IMG/VR virus record: IMGVR_UViG_3300009788_000006
Span: 1-64,000 of that record
DNA from: a virus
DNA: 64,000 nucleotides
Direction: 5' to 3' (one strand)
In this document: piece by piece, positions 61,747 to 64,000 of the stretch
Position numbering within the stretch: position 1 is the first letter of the stretch
How the letters are laid out: each line of letters begins with the position of its first letter
The notes under the pieces: model-generated
Told to the model about the DNA's origin: nothing
What the model saw: the letters and a program-made list of their open reading frames with translations, nothing else
Databases searched by the model: none
Translations under genes and position numbers: made by a program

Positions 61747-62137
61747 CCCGCCCCAGGGCTTCTTGCAGAAAGCAGAAGCCGACATTGCTGCCTAGCCACT
61801 GAATCATCGTGGCGACTAACCGGCGTTCTCGTCGAGTCAGCGGCAATTCGAATCCCGGCATGTTCTTCATCAGCATGTCGGGTAAAGACCGCGGGCGATG
61901 TTCGTGATAGCCCTGGTCGTTCTCTGCCCGCCACTGTTCGGCGAAGGCGCGCTCGAGAAGCGCGTGCTCGCTCCAGGTTCGACGTTCGAAGTATCCAACG
62001 TGTTCATCTGACGCCTGACAGTCGTGCGCCCAGGGCATTCCGTCAACGCGCTTGGCAACATCTTTGCCGCACCGAGGGCAGCTAATGCGCTTTAGTGGGC
62101 CGCCTTGGCGGGCGGTTGCTGTAGAATCTGTGCTCAT
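61724..62137 (-). CDS. conserved phage protein
   Basis: AAGGAGG RBS; ERAFAEQW..EN, ATMIQWLGSNVGFCFL motifs. Confidence 0.75.
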   Translation of the reverse strand: MSTDSTATARQGGPLKRISCPRCGKDVAKRVDGMPWAHDCQASDEHVGYFERRTWSEHALLERAFAEQWRAENDQGYHEHRPRSLPDMLMKNMPGFELPLTRRERRLVATMIQWLGSNVGFCFLQEALGRDGYRIEQ

Positions 62138-62218
62138 CGTTCGATCCTCCTTGATCGTTCGGTGGTGGGTCGCTGGCTCTTCACCGGCCAGCGGCCCGAT
62201 TATAGCACGCGGTAGTAG

Positions 62219-62695
62219 CTAGGTGCCGGCCGGAAAGTTAGCGACGGTGAGCACCAGCCCGCGGCAGAAGATCTCACCGTCCTCCATGATGTTGAACGCT
62301 GCCCCGCCGACGCCTTCTGCCGTGATCAGCCAGGACTCGCCGGACGGTGGGCACCACGTCGACTCGATCTTGACGGCGTTGCGTCGAGCAGCAAGCCAAG
62401 GTTCTACCGCCGCCACCACCTGGTCGTCGCTTGCCCAGTCGTCGAGCTCGCCGCTTACCTCGCTCCAAGGCCGACAAGGTCCGGCACGTCCCAGCAAGAA
62501 AGATCCCGGGCCGCCCACCTCTTCGCGGTCGACTCCATAGATCTCGACGAGATCATCGGAGGCTCCGCAGATCACGAAGAGGTCGGCGCCTTTCCACGCC
62601 TCCTGGTCTTGTCGGGACGGATTGAAAGGGTACGCCGCTCCGTCGAGGGCGGCGGCCACGGTTGCGGCAGTGATAAGATTCTCAGTGTCGGGCAT
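62219..62695 (-). CDS. phage protein, paralog of 56526-57008
   Basis: GAGGAG RBS; LFVICGASDDLVEIYG, FNIMEDGEIFCRGLV. Confidence 0.8.
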   Translation of the reverse strand: MPDTENLITAATVAAALDGAAYPFNPSRQDQEAWKGADLFVICGASDDLVEIYGVDREEVGGPGSFLLGRAGPCRPWSEVSGELDDWASDDQVVAAVEPWLAARRNAVKIESTWCPPSGESWLITAEGVGGAAFNIMEDGEIFCRGLVLTVANFPAGT

Positions 62696-62757
62696 CGGTG
62701 TCTCCTCGTAGACGTTGATGTGGCGGGTTGCGGTCTCAGCCGCTGCCCGTCTTCCGA

Positions 62758-63243
62758 CTATAGCACATTCTGCCCGGACAGAACGGCATCCCTGTTCGAA
62801 GCCTCTGCTATCTCTTGAGCTCTTTCTTCATTTCGCCGCCTAGTGCCGAGATCAGCCGTTGCTGGCACTTTCGCCCCGTGGACTAGAGCGTCAACGGCCG
62901 CCAGGTTCCATCGCGGAGTCCAGCGGATTACGATCGCCACCGCCCGGCCATGGACCAAGGCGCGGACACGGTTCTCTACCGAACCCGAAGGACCGCCGGT
63001 CGCCACTCTTTCGGCTGAACCCTGGCAGTCGGTCCACGCGGTCACAGAATCCGGACCGAGCTGGAGAGCTGCCAGGATGCCTCTCTCCAGCGCCCCGAGC
63101 TCGGCAACGTCGCTGGAAGCTCGCGGGGCAAGGCGCAGGCCGTGAGAAATCACCGCCCCGTCTGAGTCGCGGACGATGAACGCGGTATAGGCATTGCGCC
63201 CAACGGTGCCCGCATCCACGTCCACATGTAAGTCAGCAGTCAT
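62758..63243 (-). CDS. RNase H-like protein
   Basis: VDVDAG, SDVAELGAL, WTDCQ, RWTPR..LAAVDAL (D-E-D-D). Confidence 0.75.
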   Translation of the reverse strand: MTADLHVDVDAGTVGRNAYTAFIVRDSDGAVISHGLRLAPRASSDVAELGALERGILAALQLGPDSVTAWTDCQGSAERVATGGPSGSVENRVRALVHGRAVAIVIRWTPRWNLAAVDALVHGAKVPATADLGTRRRNEERAQEIAEASNRDAVLSGQNVL

Positions 63244-63463
63244 GATGTACTGCCGGTAGCTCCTCCAGCCGCTTGCAGTGGTCCCAAATCAGCTCGCCCA
63301 GAGTAGGGAGACTGACTCCCCACTTGCGAGCCAGGCCACCGAAGGTCAGGCCGCGCGTGTGGATCTCGTGGCAGAGGATCTCGCCGAAGCTTGCGCCGCA
63401 ATCGGTTGGGTGGTCAGCGTACTGCCGCTCGATCTCGTCGCGGAATATCTCCAGAAATGCCAT
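63233..63463 (-). CDS. small HTH-like protein
   Basis: LTFGGLARKWGVSLPTLGELI. Confidence 0.6.
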   Translation of the reverse strand: MAFLEIFRDEIERQYADHPTDCGASFGEILCHEIHTRGLTFGGLARKWGVSLPTLGELIWDHCKRLEELPAVHHDC

Positions 63464-63511
63464 TGCTTCACAGGTCTTCGCGGTGCTGAAGCTGATGGGG
63501 CGAGATGGCCA

Positions 63512-63799
63512 TCACAGCTTGCCGTACTGAGCATCCAGCGGATTATCCCAGCCGGCCGCTAGAGAGTCGGCCGAGGACAGCGCCGCTTGCTCGACAATCC
63601 GTTCGTGCTCTTGCTCGATGAGCTCTTGCTCTGAAAGGTCGCGTGGCGCTTCTCTTTCCGGGTGACCTTCGCGAAAGAAGTTGGCGATCATTTCCGGCGT
63701 CTGAGGCCAGCGGTTGGCTTCGCCGAACCACTCGCCGCCGTCTGCGTCCTTGAACCCGTGCCAGATGAGGTCCGGCCAGTCGCTATGTCTGGGGTTCAT
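63512..63799 (-). CDS. hypothetical protein
   Basis: follows duplicated leader module. Confidence 0.55.
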   Translation of the reverse strand: MNPRHSDWPDLIWHGFKDADGGEWFGEANRWPQTPEMIANFFREGHPEREAPRDLSEQELIEQEHERIVEQAALSSADSLAAGWDNPLDAQYGKL

Positions 63800-63865
63800 A
63801 AGGCTTCTCGATCGGTGGTGAAGGGCTGCTGGCTAATTCACTGGCCAGCGGCCCGATTATGCTAA

Positions 63866-63939
63866 GAGGGCGGGGTCGGACTCGAACCGACATTTCCCCG
63901 TTAGAGGCACATGCCCATTACCATGTTGCTCTCGCCCTC
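63866..63939 (-). other. aberrant tRNA-like RNA
   Basis: 9-bp acceptor-like stem (one mismatch), ACATG/CATGT arm, GTCGG-TTCGAGT-CCGAC T-arm; TGA-TATAGT extended -10 just upstream. Confidence 0.55.
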
Positions 63940-64000
63940 GACTCCGACTATATCACACCGCCACCCCCAACAGAATCAGGCTCTTCTCAAATCCCCGGCG

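Larger units (their letters stand above)
62155..63861 (-). repeat. duplicated ~50-bp promoter/leader-hairpin module (62155-62204 and 63808-63861)
   Basis: (T/C)ATAATCGGGCCGCTGGCCRGTGAA..AGCCAGC...CACCACCGAWCGA in both copies. Confidence 0.85.

Overview
A GC-rich 64 kb segment of a tailed dsDNA phage with siphovirus-type architecture. No bacterial housekeeping genes, integrase, portal or terminase are recognisable in the window. 1-17.6 kb (+) is a virion module: HK97 prohead protease and major capsid, neck genes, two tail-tube-like genes, a tail chaperone with a clear -1 frameshift, and a 1659-aa tape measure. A convergent Dit/LamG-like tail gene follows. 20-64 kb holds many small, mostly minus-strand genes in short sigma70-type units, many apparently leaderless. 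These include a methyltransferase/SNF2 pair, MazG-like, DnaB plus an O-like initiator with internal iterons, RecE-like exonuclease, ASCH-like, DUF5131 and RNase H-like genes, four intact tRNAs and two aberrant tRNA-like elements. The most striking unexplained signal is non-coding: two adjacent, densely base-paired blocks of ~750 and ~570 nt (28.4-29.9 kb) flank a Lys/Arg-rich peptide gene and precede a membrane-protein gene, and a third ~430-nt structured block lies at 59.2-59.6 kb. These are candidates for large phage ncRNAs. A lipoprotein with an 'IFESGFETGD' C-terminus weakly suggests an Acidobacteriota-like host. All family assignments are by eye from motifs and synteny; no searches were run.
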